A DNA stretch of 64,000 bases from an uncultured Bacillota bacterium (GTDB lineage Bacteria > Bacillota > Clostridia > Christensenellales > UBA1242). The DNA is taken from positions 27,469 through 91,468 of the forward strand of contig CALHLT010000025.1 in assembly GCA_938034555.1 (NCBI GenBank), given 5' to 3'. Positions within the stretch are counted from its first letter, which is position 1. The number at the start of each line of letters is the position of its first letter. The position numbers and the translations under genes are program-made. Shown here piece by piece: positions 20,643 through 29,861 of the stretch. Under the pieces are notes generated by a model. The model had not been told where the DNA came from. It did not search any database and worked only from the letters and a program-made list of their open reading frames with translations.

Positions 20643-20676
20643 ACAGCAGCACTAAAATATTTTAGTCCTGCTGTTT
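20643..20676 (+). terminator. Terminator of the membrane protein gene
   Basis: acagcag.actaaaata/ttttagt.ctgctgt imperfect hairpin followed by a T-rich tract. Confidence 0.55.
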
Positions 20677-20711
20677 ATTTATTATTATTTTTATTATTAT
20701 TTTTATTTTTA

Positions 20712-20748
20712 TTATCAAGGCAGGGCTTTAACTCTAAGCCACACCACC
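20712..20748 (-). other. Orphan tRNA 5'-half-like fragment
   Basis: Reverse complement is GGTGGTG-TG-GCTT-AGAGTTA-AAGC-C-CTGCC-TTGATAA. It reads as acceptor 5' strand, a paired D arm and half an anticodon arm, then breaks off into AT-rich sequence. Confidence 0.5.
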
Positions 20749-20833
20749 AGGTGAAATGCCATTGTTTCGGAGTCTAATTAATAGGAGCCCAATTAAATAT
20801 AATTTTTGCTTAAAACCTTAGTACGGGGGTGAT

Positions 20834-20925
20834 CTCTCGCTGAGCCACAACAACAAATGCTGTTTTTTGATTGATTTTTACAGTGAATATGAGTGATGAA
20901 AAATTGTTGTTTTTGTTTTACCAAA
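20834..20925. repeat. Left copy of the ~92-bp direct repeat bracketing the island (outer att-like repeat)
   Basis: Aligns with 43008-43100 with about 13 differences by eye. Content is the tRNA 5' part, a 65-nt spacer and the ttaccaa junction. Confidence 0.7.
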
Positions 20926-21230
20926 ACTCTGCTCTAACATACAAGAGTTTCGCTCTATTTTCTAAACTGCCCATAAAATAAGAAAATTTGAGATATAAAA
21001 AATCAATTAGTGTAGTAAGATTTTAGTTTACTACACTTTTTTACACCTAAATTAACAATTTTAGTAAAATTAGGTGCTCTAAAACTATATAAAACTGCCT
21101 AAAACTTTTGTGAACTTTTCGTATTTGAAGTACATATTTACGCAAAAATTTTGTGAGTGAAATCAATAACTTACATTTTTTCTTATTAAATTTAGAATAC
21201 AACATAATATATAAGATAGTATACAAGATG

Positions 21231-21259
21231 TTGACTTTTTATTTTTTATTGGTTATAAT
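21231..21259 (+). promoter_or_regulatory. Promoter of the fic gene
   Basis: TTGACT at 21231-21236, a 17-nt spacer, TATAAT at 21254-21259, about 30 nt upstream of the ATG. Confidence 0.5.
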
Positions 21260-21290
21260 CTATTTGTATAAAAATAAGTGAGGTTTTTAA

Positions 21291-22280
21291 ATGGAAGATA
21301 AATATATTCCACCATATGAGATAACTGATGAAATGTTGGAACTTGTTTCCGAAATAATGGAAAATTTAGGCAAACTTTCGGGTGTTAATGAATTGGAAAA
21401 ATTACCAAGACTTCGCAGAGTGAGTAGAATAAAGTCTATCCACTCTTCATTGGCAATTGAAAACAATACACTTTCTATTGAACAAGTAACAGATGTTATC
21501 AATGGGAAAAGGGTTCTTGCTCCACAAAAAGATATTGAAGAAGTCCACAATGCTTTTAATGCTTACGAAAAATTAAGTGAAATAAATCCATATAGCATTG
21601 ATGATTTGTTGAAAATTCACGGCATTATGATGAATGGTCTTGTAAAGGAAGCAGGAAGGCTTCGCTCAGGACAAGTTGGAGTTTATAATCAAGATGGCAA
21701 AGTTGTTCATCTTGCTCCGCCAGCAGATTTTGTTCCACAACAGTTAGGACAACTTTTTGATTGGGTGAAAAACAGTAATGCAAATATGCTAATTAAATCA
21801 AGTGTTTTCCATTATGAGTTTGAATTTATCCACCCATTTAATGATGGTAACGGAAGAACTGGAAGACTTTGGCAAACAGCATTGCTTGCTAGTTGGAAAC
21901 CAATATTTGCTTGGATACCTATCGAAAGCATTATTAAAGATAACCAAGAAGATTATTACAATGCAATCACTTTATCTACTAGTCAGGGTAAATCTAATAT
22001 CTTCATTGAGTTTATGCTAGATGTAATAAACAAAGCAATTAAAGATATAACAACCGATACCAGAAATCACTACAACCATATTAACAATCAAATTACAGAA
22101 CTTATGAAAGTGATTGAAAGTTATCCACAATCAGCAACAGAACTCATGGAAAAATTAAACCTAAAATCTCGTTTAGGATTTAGAAAAAACTATTTGCAAC
22201 CTGCCTTAGACGCTGGACTAATTGGAATGACCGAACCCGACAAACCAACAAGCAAAAATCAAAAGTATTTTAAGATATAG
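21291..22280 (+). CDS. Fic family protein (class II, N-terminal inhibitory helix) with C-terminal winged-helix region
   Basis: Fic motif HPFNDGNGRTGR at nt 21831-21866. Auto-inhibition motif SLAIEN of the (S/T)xxxE(G/N) type upstream. Confidence 0.9.
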   Translation: MEDKYIPPYEITDEMLELVSEIMENLGKLSGVNELEKLPRLRRVSRIKSIHSSLAIENNTLSIEQVTDVINGKRVLAPQKDIEEVHNAFNAYEKLSEINPYSIDDLLKIHGIMMNGLVKEAGRLRSGQVGVYNQDGKVVHLAPPADFVPQQLGQLFDWVKNSNANMLIKSSVFHYEFEFIHPFNDGNGRTGRLWQTALLASWKPIFAWIPIESIIKDNQEDYYNAITLSTSQGKSNIFIEFMLDVINKAIKDITTDTRNHYNHINNQITELMKVIESYPQSATELMEKLNLKSRLGFRKNYLQPALDAGLIGMTEPDKPTSKNQKYFKI

Positions 22281-22291
22281 TAGGTGTAATT

Positions 22292-23038
22292 ATGGGCGGA
22301 TATGTAGAAATTGGAAAAATAGAATATATAAATGAAGACAAAACTCCAATGAATGAAGAAAAAGAAAAGTTTTTGAAATATTTAAACTTGTATAGAAATG
22401 CCGGCAATTTTATTTCAATCGCCTTAAACACTATTGACCAACTTACTAGCAAGAAAACAAAACTGGCACAATTTGCTCCTGCATTTGTAAATTGTGTTCA
22501 CTACTCTTTTTGGTCTACAAGTGTAATACTTTTAAATTGTTTTTATTCTCGTGGCGATGATTTGTCAATTTTTTCTTTTATGGAATACATAAGAAATAAC
22601 TACAACAAAATTTTTACTGGTAAGTTTTATGATATTTATATTCATTCAGACAGAAAAGAAACAAAAAAAATAAAATTTGGAAAAAAAGAAATTTTTGAAC
22701 GACTTAATCAATGTGAAAACATAATTAAAGAGAATAATGAATTATTGGAAAAACTTGATACATTTAGGAATGAAATGTTTGCACATTTCAGTGAAGACAA
22801 AAAGAACAAATTAGAAAATCAATACCTTAATATCAAAGAATTACAAGAACTTTTATCATTGACAGAAAAAATAATTAACAATTTAAAAATTCCTTATGAT
22901 AGAACTTTTGAAAGCTTTGAACCAATAAACTCAAAGGATATATTAGGAATTGAACACATTTTAGAATTATACGAAGAAAATCGTGAATTAATAAAAAGCG
23001 AACACATAAAAAAAATATTTAAAAATGAAGACAAATAA
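22292..23038 (+). CDS. Hypothetical protein with a HEPN-like Rx4-6H motif
   Basis: RNEMFAH at nt 22766-22786 within an all-helical-looking 248-aa ORF that starts 11 nt after fic. Confidence 0.4.
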   Translation: MGGYVEIGKIEYINEDKTPMNEEKEKFLKYLNLYRNAGNFISIALNTIDQLTSKKTKLAQFAPAFVNCVHYSFWSTSVILLNCFYSRGDDLSIFSFMEYIRNNYNKIFTGKFYDIYIHSDRKETKKIKFGKKEIFERLNQCENIIKENNELLEKLDTFRNEMFAHFSEDKKNKLENQYLNIKELQELLSLTEKIINNLKIPYDRTFESFEPINSKDILGIEHILELYEENRELIKSEHIKKIFKNEDK

Positions 23039-23052
23039 AGTCTTCTTTTTTG

Positions 23053-23481
23053 TTAGATATAAATTATCGATTTGTTTTGTTTTTGAGCATATTTTAGAGT
23101 GCGATAGGCTCCACTTTTGTAAGTTTCTTCTATGTGCCAAACGAGAATGTCACAGTGGTCTATTATCCACTCGTTTCTTTTTGTGATTTTTTGTTTGTAA
23201 TGCATTTCTTCTATCTCTGGAAGTATTGAACCATCATAGCATGATGGCAAATCATATTTTTCTTTGTCGTGATGATAATATGTTAAAACACGAATTAATT
23301 TGATGTGTGGATATTTATGTTTTAATTGTAAGACCGCATGTGCACACTTTTCATCAAAAGCACCATAGTGTCCGTCATAAAAGATGGTGTATCCTTTATT
23401 GATTAAATCTTCTAGAACTTCGGGCAATTTGTGGAAAAAGAAATAAGCCAATATTGTTAAAAAGAAAATTTTTAGCGACAA
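23053..23481 (-). pseudogene. SLOG/DUF1273 (YpsA-like) gene lacking its N-terminal ~25 codons
   Basis: The family core is present (GYTIFYDGHYGAFDEKCAHAVLQLKHKYPHIKLIRVL...DILVWH). The usual CxFTGHR N-terminus is replaced by unrelated hydrophobic residues at the junction with the next fragment. Confidence 0.5.
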
Positions 23482-23486
23482 TATAT

Positions 23487-23807
23487 GAATGGTTAAATGC
23501 TGCCGAATATATAGCTTTAAATGGCAACAATCAAATTATTCTATGTGAAAGAGATGTAAGATCGTTTAATAATACAATCAGATATGTGTTATACTTACAA
23601 TGAGTAGTAGTGGCAAAAGGTTTATGTGAGTTGCCAGTCATTATTGACCATTCCAATTCTGGAAAAATGAGAGAACTGGCAAAACCTATGAGTTTAGTAT
23701 CAATTGCTTGTGGATCGGAGAGCTTAATTATTGAAGCTCACTTAGTTCCAGAAAATAGGTTATCTGATTCTAAACAATTAATATATTTGAACTACAACAA
23801 ATATTAA
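23487..23807 (+). pseudogene. 3' fragment of a DAHP/KDO8P-synthase family gene with an in-frame stop
   Basis: EWLNAAEYIALNGNNQIILCERDVRSF...(TGA at 23601)...LPVIIDHSNSGKMRELAKPMSLVSIACGSESLIIEAHLVPENRLSD. This matches only the C-terminal third of the family. Confidence 0.65.
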
Positions 23808-23827
23808 ATAGTATAAAGGAGTACAAA

Positions 23828-24331
23828 ATGTCAATACGTGAAAAAAGAGACTTGTATGACCGAAACAGCAATTTGACTGGAAAAACCTACTTAAAAGGAG
23901 ATCCTATCCCTGAAGGATACTATCCCATGGTTGTGATGATTGCAATTCAGAATTCTGAAGGTAAATTTTTAATGCAAAAAAGAGTTCCTAGAAAAGGTGG
24001 CGACTGGGGTGTAACAGGTGGGCACCCTAAATCTGGAGAAACAACTGACCAAGGAATAATAACAGAAGAAATGGAAGAACTTGGAGTGGATATATCAAAT
24101 CAAAAGTTAGAAACTTTTTGCTCTGGTTGTGATGGAAAAGACTGTTACAAAATGTATTACACTAAGTTAGATTTAGATATTGAACAACTTCATATTCAAG
24201 AAGATGAATTGACAGAAGTAAAATGGTTTTCCATGGATGAATTGCAAGAAATGGTAAATAATAATGAGTTAAATCAAGATCAGGTTGACTTTTTTGCGAA
24301 ATGCACAAATTATTTAAATAACAAAAAATAA
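23828..24331 (+). CDS. NUDIX hydrolase
   Basis: Nudix box GGHPKSGETTDQGIITEEMEELGV. RBS AAAGGAG. Confidence 0.8.
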   Translation: MSIREKRDLYDRNSNLTGKTYLKGDPIPEGYYPMVVMIAIQNSEGKFLMQKRVPRKGGDWGVTGGHPKSGETTDQGIITEEMEELGVDISNQKLETFCSGCDGKDCYKMYYTKLDLDIEQLHIQEDELTEVKWFSMDELQEMVNNNELNQDQVDFFAKCTNYLNNKK

Positions 24332-24681
24332 AATTTAATATGGGCTACTTCGTTAGTCCATTTTTTATTTTTGCCGAGTAATATACGGAATCTCATTTTG
24401 AAAAGCTGAAAACTTTTAAAGGCAATATTGTGCAAGTTCTTAAAATGGTTGATGATTTTATTACCGATTTGGAAGAAAAGTGGTCAAATGGGAAAAAACA
24501 AATAAAAATTAAAAAAATTTAAGTTTTTAAAAAAATACTTAATTTTTGGTTAAAAAATGTCATTATATATAGAGGGACTAAATATTCAAGCAAATAACTG
24601 TAGCTACGATACTTCTTTTTATTTTGAACTACAGTATATTTTTACTAGCAAAGAAAAATGACAATAACTTTGTACTTCTGA

Positions 24682-25077
24682 CGTATACCTGTTACGGATA
24701 GTGTCCTAGAAACATTAAAACAATGGAAAGAAAAGCAAAGTAAAAGACAAGAAACCAATCCAAATGTAACAGCAATTTTAACTGCGCCAACACCATTTGT
24801 GTTTGCTAACGATAACGGAAGTTATAGGACTTATTATGGCACAAGAGTAATCTTTGATAGGTTTAAACGAAGAAACGGACTAAATAAATACCACATTCAT
24901 TTTCACGGACTTCGCCATACATTCTCAAATATGCTTTTTGAAATGAACGAAAATCCAAAAGTTGTACAACAACTTTTAGGTCACCGTGATGTGAAAACAA
25001 CAATAATGAACTATAACTCAGTTGACCAAGTATACTTTGAAAAAACCAGAAACCTTATAAATGAACAGTTTAAATAA
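24682..25077 (+). pseudogene. Tyrosine integrase remnant (C-terminal ~130 codons only), paralog of the integrase at 39384-40778
   Basis: Open from the stop at 24679. RIPVTDSVLETLKQWKEKQ...HFHGLRHTFSNMLFEMNENPKVVQQLLGHRDVKTTIMNYNSV aligns with the intact integrase. Nt 24896-25005 are about 90 percent identical to 40431-40540. Confidence 0.85.
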
Positions 25078-25081
25078 ATTT

Positions 25082-25123
25082 AAAGCCGAGGTAGAGAGTA
25101 AAATCTTTGCCTCGGCTTTTTTT
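25082..25123 (+). terminator. Terminator after the integrase remnant
   Basis: aaagccgagg...cctcggcttt 10-bp stem followed by a T run. Confidence 0.6.
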
Positions 25124-25218
25124 GTTTATACAAATTTTGACATTGGATGTCAAGATTTATATAAAAACTATCATTATAATGATATATTTTTTCTCCAGAA
25201 AATACTCTCAAAAAAAGT

Positions 25219-25304
25219 TATCTCCAAAAAAAGTGGCAAAAACACCCTTAAAAATCACATTTTTGGGAGATAAAAATAGAAAACTTGCCACTTTTCTGGA
25301 GATA
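25219..25304. repeat. Imperfect 20/21-nt inverted repeat upstream of the KAP gene
   Basis: tatctccaaaaaaagtggcaa (25219-25239) against ttgccacttttctggagata (25285-25304), two mismatches, 45-nt spacer. Confidence 0.4.
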
Positions 25305-25562
25305 AGGTTTACATATATGCTTGATCAAATAAAAATGGTGTTGTGTAGTAATTTGAATATTTGATAGGCTATTTGTAATAGTTTTTGTTGATTTTTAAGC
25401 AAAGAATAAGTCTAAAACTGAGATGGTAAGAAATTCAGCTTCTACTTTTTCTGATTATTATAAGACAAAATGCAATTATTATGGTATAATAAAAGCGTAA
25501 TTGTGAGTTAAATCTATAAACTTACTATTTTGATTATTAAAAATTTTAAACAGAGGAGAAAA

Positions 25563-28500
25563 ATGAAAAACAAAACAACACCGCAAATCAATTATGAAAG
25601 ATATAAAAGTGATTGTGAAAAATTGGATGTGGCAATTAAAGATAAAGATATTAGGAATATCGCAGTAAGTGGTATTTTGGGGGCTGGGAAAAGTAGTCTT
25701 ATAAAAACGTATGATAAAGCTTTTAATAATAAGAAAGGTAAAAAAATTGTTAACAATTACAATAAAAAGCAGAATTCAAAAGATTCTTCCAACACTTTAG
25801 ATGACCAGTTGGAAAAAATTCATGGGAAATCAATAAATAAATCTATAAGAATATCTTTAGCGAATTTTAATGTGGTTAATGATAAACAATTGAAAAAAGA
25901 AAAGAAAGATTCGCTTAAAGGTAATAATGAAGCGACTTTAACTAATATCACAGATCAAATAAAGAAAGATATAGAAAATTTGGATTACTATAAGGAAGAC
26001 AGAGAAACCAATTTAGATGTCAATGAGGTTGAAATTGAAAAAAGTTTATTGCAACAATTCATTTTTAATGTTCCTTCATGTGCATTACCAGATTCGCATA
26101 TTAGAAGAGTTGAAAAAAAGTTTGCTTTTAAAACTTTTGCTTTGGTTTCTTTTATTATATTCTTGATTTCGGCTGCCGTATATTTTACAAATAAATTTAA
26201 TATATTATGGACTAGTGATATTATTGTTGACAAAATTATTATATCTATTGGAATTCTTTCATTATTGGTACTTTTGAGTATTTTACCTTTTATTTTTAAA
26301 TTAAAATCTTTAAAAGTTGATACATTTGAAATAAAAGCTGAATATGCTGGGAATGATAAACAAGATTTGCTAAATAAATATTCTGATGAAATAATATATT
26401 TTTTCGAAAAATCAAAAGTTAAGATCGTTTATTTTGAAGATTTAGATAGGTTGCCTAATTTAAATATTTTTAACAAATTAAGAGAAATAAATTATTTACT
26501 TAACAACACAACTTATATAAAACATAAAATAGTTTTTGTTTACTGTGTTTCAGATGATATTATTTCTGATAGTGAAGAGAGAAATAAGTTTTTTGATTTG
26601 ATTCTTACAGTTTCACCATATTTAACTCAGGAAAGTGTGAAAAAATATATTAGTCAAGAACTTGGTGATAAACAAAATGTTAAGGTTTCAGATTTTTGTG
26701 AAAATATGTCAAGGTTTATTACTGATTCTAGGATGCTATCCAATATTATTAATGATTTTAAAGAAATAGTAAAAAAGAATAAATTGTCTCAAACAGAAGA
26801 TAAGATAAAAGCCTTCACATTATCTATTTATAAAAATTTATATTATTATGATTTTAATAAGTTAAATAACAATAATGATTGTATTTCAAAATCGTTCACA
26901 TTAGTTGATAATTATAAAAACAATGAGATTGAAAAATTGAAAGATGACATCAATAATAAAAATAAGATTTTAAAAGAATCTTTCTTAAATAAGGAAGCAA
27001 GGATACATTTTTTCAAAGAAAGGCTTATAGGTATTTTAACATTAAATATTAATAATACTCATATGGTAAGACAGGGGCAGCAAGGTAAAAATATTGCGGA
27101 CATAAACAGCCTTGAAGATTTTGAATCCAATGAAAACTTTTATGTGTATTTGTCAAATTATAATTTGAGTTATTATAGCAGTAAATCTAATATTGTAAAC
27201 TATTGGAACGAGCATAGTGATGTGTCTTTTGATTTGTATAAACAAGAAATTTTGTTTAGTGATGAAGATAAACGAAATGATATAATTAATGAAATTGAAT
27301 TACTCAATCAAAAAATAAAAGGTATATATACTTTGCCCGTTTCTAACTTTATGAGAGATTATAAATGCTCATTAACTCAAGATACAACAAAATTTTTAAA
27401 CATAAGTTTTTTAAATGGATATATTGAAAGTGATTATAGGCAATTTATTTTTGGACATGACAATGATTATCTTGTTCAACAAGATGATATTTTTGTTCGC
27501 TATAATAATTTTGGTTCAAATAATGAGTTGGTAAAAAATAACTATGATTATCAGTTGACTAATATACCTGTTATTGTTAGCCAGATACAGGAAAACAGAT
27601 TTGGCAACAAAACAATTCTTAACGATATGATCGTAAGTTTTGTATTAAATAGTCAAGAAGGATCTTTGAAAAAGAAAAAAGAAAATTTAAAAAACTTATT
27701 GTTAAAGGATGATGAAGAGGTAGCTAATTATTTTGAACACTATATTAGGGATAGAGAATATTCAGATTTCTATAATCTTATAAAAACAATTGGTATACCT
27801 AAAGTCTTATTTAAGGTATTCTTGCGTATTATTGGTTCAATTTCTTTAGAAAATCAAAATAAGTATATGCAATTATTATTAGAGAGTATTGAATGCATTG
27901 AAGGGGAAGATCAAGAAATTTTCAAATTAATAAACAATTATACGGATTGGAGTGGAATAGATTTTACTGGTGAAATAATTGAGAAATTAAAAATTAGAGC
28001 ACAAAACGGAAGTTGTAAATTAAAAATAGAGAGTATTTCAAAATTTGATGAGACTTCATTTGAGTTAATTATTAAGAATCAAGTATTTGCTATAAATTAT
28101 GAGAATTTATCTGTTATTGCAAAACGAAAATATAATGTAAAATTGGAAGGTTTATTACAGAGTGTATTAGTTGAACAGGGGTCTGCAATAAAAAAATTTA
28201 TTTTAGAAAATATACAAGAATTTTTAAAAATAGTCCCAAATTCGCATTTGCAAGAGAAAGAAATAATAGCACTTCTAAAAGAGAATAATTTGACAACTGA
28301 TATTAAACTTGAACTTATAAAACAAACAGATTTTGTGATAGAAAAAGGGTTCGATGAGTTACATCAAGATATTATAAGTGAAGTAATTAAAAATGATAAA
28401 TTCTCTAAAAATATTGGGACGGTTTTTCATATTTATGAAATTTGTGGTTTTGACATCATAAAAACATATTTTTCTGAAAAACATTTCAAATCATTAATAA

Positions 28501-29288
28501 TAAATATTAATGATATTAAGGTATCAGAACATTATGATGAGTTTTTAAATAATATTAAAAGTTTGTATTTTCAAGAAAATGCATGTGATATTATGAATTC
28601 ATTTGGTATAACTGATGTTGTTTTTGATGGTTTAATTGATCCCGTATTTGATGAGCATATCAAAAAATTAATTGAAGCTGGAAATGTATCTTTTCATGAT
28701 CAAAACTTTAATATGTTGATAAATTGCCCTCATAGTTATATGAGTTTAGTTTTGAAAAATATTAATTCATTTAAAGAATGGATGATGATTCCAGGTAAAT
28801 TGAATTTGAGTAAAGAGGCAGTTACATTTTTACTTTGTAATATCAATAACAGTGAATTTGAATCATCAATTTTAAACGATTTTGCGGATAAAATTGATTT
28901 CACTTTTGCGGATAATATAGGTGGTGCTAGAGAAAACTACTTTGGTCGTATTGTATTAAAGATAAAAGCAAGTCGAATTACAAATGCTAATATAATAAAT
29001 TCCTTATTTAGCATTAGACCGAGTACTAATGAAATGAAGAAAGATTATATCGATTTGATTTCCGCTAATCAGGGATTATTTGATAATACGCAAGTTATTG
29101 ATAAGTTTAAAATGGTTGATTCACAATTCATACAGGTGTTTGAAAAAATTGATAATGAGAGGAATGCTGACTTTGCTGTGAACGATACAATTATTTATTA
29201 TGGTTTATCAAAATTAAAAGAAATGGGGATAATTCAATATCGTAACCCAGGTAGATCGAGTAAAATAAAAGTTTCTTGGTCAGTATAA
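25563..29288 (+). CDS. KAP/YobI-type P-loop NTPase with transmembrane insert, 1241 aa
   Basis: ATG after GAGGAG. Walker A GILGAGKSS (nt about 25671-25694), two TM helices (nt about 26130-26298) and Walker B IVYFEDLDR (nt about 26424-26447). The TM pair lies inside the P-loop domain, which is the KAP hallmark. Long N/K/I-rich C-terminal region. Confidence 0.8.
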   Translation: MKNKTTPQINYERYKSDCEKLDVAIKDKDIRNIAVSGILGAGKSSLIKTYDKAFNNKKGKKIVNNYNKKQNSKDSSNTLDDQLEKIHGKSINKSIRISLANFNVVNDKQLKKEKKDSLKGNNEATLTNITDQIKKDIENLDYYKEDRETNLDVNEVEIEKSLLQQFIFNVPSCALPDSHIRRVEKKFAFKTFALVSFIIFLISAAVYFTNKFNILWTSDIIVDKIIISIGILSLLVLLSILPFIFKLKSLKVDTFEIKAEYAGNDKQDLLNKYSDEIIYFFEKSKVKIVYFEDLDRLPNLNIFNKLREINYLLNNTTYIKHKIVFVYCVSDDIISDSEERNKFFDLILTVSPYLTQESVKKYISQELGDKQNVKVSDFCENMSRFITDSRMLSNIINDFKEIVKKNKLSQTEDKIKAFTLSIYKNLYYYDFNKLNNNNDCISKSFTLVDNYKNNEIEKLKDDINNKNKILKESFLNKEARIHFFKERLIGILTLNINNTHMVRQGQQGKNIADINSLEDFESNENFYVYLSNYNLSYYSSKSNIVNYWNEHSDVSFDLYKQEILFSDEDKRNDIINEIELLNQKIKGIYTLPVSNFMRDYKCSLTQDTTKFLNISFLNGYIESDYRQFIFGHDNDYLVQQDDIFVRYNNFGSNNELVKNNYDYQLTNIPVIVSQIQENRFGNKTILNDMIVSFVLNSQEGSLKKKKENLKNLLLKDDEEVANYFEHYIRDREYSDFYNLIKTIGIPKVLFKVFLRIIGSISLENQNKYMQLLLESIECIEGEDQEIFKLINNYTDWSGIDFTGEIIEKLKIRAQNGSCKLKIESISKFDETSFELIIKNQVFAINYENLSVIAKRKYNVKLEGLLQSVLVEQGSAIKKFILENIQEFLKIVPNSHLQEKEIIALLKENNLTTDIKLELIKQTDFVIEKGFDELHQDIISEVIKNDKFSKNIGTVFHIYEICGFDIIKTYFSEKHFKSLIININDIKVSEHYDEFLNNIKSLYFQENACDIMNSFGITDVVFDGLIDPVFDEHIKKLIEAGNVSFHDQNFNMLINCPHSYMSLVLKNINSFKEWMMIPGKLNLSKEAVTFLLCNINNSEFESSILNDFADKIDFTFADNIGGARENYFGRIVLKIKASRITNANIINSLFSIRPSTNEMKKDYIDLISANQGLFDNTQVIDKFKMVDSQFIQVFEKIDNERNADFAVNDTIIYYGLSKLKEMGIIQYRNPGRSSKIKVSWSV

Positions 29289-29374
29289 ATTTGGATTAGA
29301 TATGCAATTATATGCAAATAGCCCCGTTTTAGGCAAAATAGGGGATAATTAGAGCGATTTTTAGGAAAAGAAAA

Positions 29375-29409
29375 GACTGGCAATTTGAAGAGAATTGCTG
29401 GTCTTTTTT
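29375..29409 (+). terminator. Terminator downstream of the KAP gene
   Basis: gactggcaatt/aattgctggtc stem with two G-U pairs, followed by TTTTTT. Confidence 0.55.
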
Positions 29410-29494
29410 ATGTGCAAAAAGTATGCAATTTATATGCAAATATTTTTTGGCAAAATTTTGGCAATAAAAAAAGCCCATAAAATGGGCGTTTTAG

Positions 29495-29539
29495 TGGAGC
29501 TTATGACGGGAATCGAACCTGTGACCTCCACCTTACCAA
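29495..29539 (-). other. Displaced tRNA-Thr 3' half (att site of element E2)
   Basis: 40 of 45 nt match 42956-43000, running from the CCA end to the anticodon-loop sequence ttaccaa. Identity stops exactly there. A native-looking terminator (gcccat/atgggc plus a T run on the minus strand) lies at 29468-29492. Confidence 0.75.
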
Positions 29540-29647
29540 CACACGAACCCTAGCACAAAACTTGTGCCCACACCCCAAAACCACCCATAAATACTAGCAT
29601 TTTCGCTAGTATTTTTTTATTAGATGCATAATCAAATGAAATTTGTG

Positions 29648-29663
29648 CACCTATTGACACCTA
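29648..29663 (+). promoter_or_regulatory. Putative arm-type integrase binding site (left arm)
   Basis: The 16-mer cacctattgacaccta is identical to 42732-42747, in the same orientation, about 110 bp inside the att core. Confidence 0.4.
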
Positions 29664-29835
29664 CAAGCACTTTTTTGACTACTTTTGGTGGTCTAAATCT
29701 TTCTAAACCTATTTAAAATTTTAGGAAACTCACGACAGTTTGAACTTAGCCAATGTTCCCTAAAAAAATAATTGAAATATTTTATCAAAATTTAAGTACA
29801 TTTTTTGTAAAAGTATATATAAAAAAGAAAAAATA

Positions 29836-29861
29836 TGTTATAATCATCCTAAGATTTAGGA
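29836..29861 (+). promoter_or_regulatory. Extended -10 element followed by a perfect palindrome (candidate operator) upstream of the 1038-aa gene
   Basis: TGTTATAAT at 29836-29844, then ATCCTAAgatTTAGGAT at 29845-29861. Confidence 0.35.

Larger units (their letters stand above)
20926..29539. mobile_element. Putative older, decayed integrative element E1
   Basis: Bounded by the outer repeat on the left and a tRNA-Thr 3' half on the right. Holds only an integrase remnant, several pseudogenes and Fic, HEPN-like, Nudix and KAP cargo. Confidence 0.45.

Noticed and set aside
20676-20715. AT-only microsatellite-like tract (tatttattattatttttattattattttt...).
   Set aside because: Simple low-complexity sequence at the island edge. 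No defined repeat unit or function can be supported.
24340-24545. Short open frame (…HFEKLKTFKGNIVQVLKMVDDFITDLEEKWSNGKKQIKIKKI) after the Nudix gene.
   Set aside because: No start or RBS and no recognisable family. It is probably another gene fragment, but I cannot support a call.
25061-25364. Two short plus-strand ORFs between the integrase remnant and the KAP gene.
   Set aside because: Low-complexity products with no RBS. They overlap a terminator and the inverted repeat.
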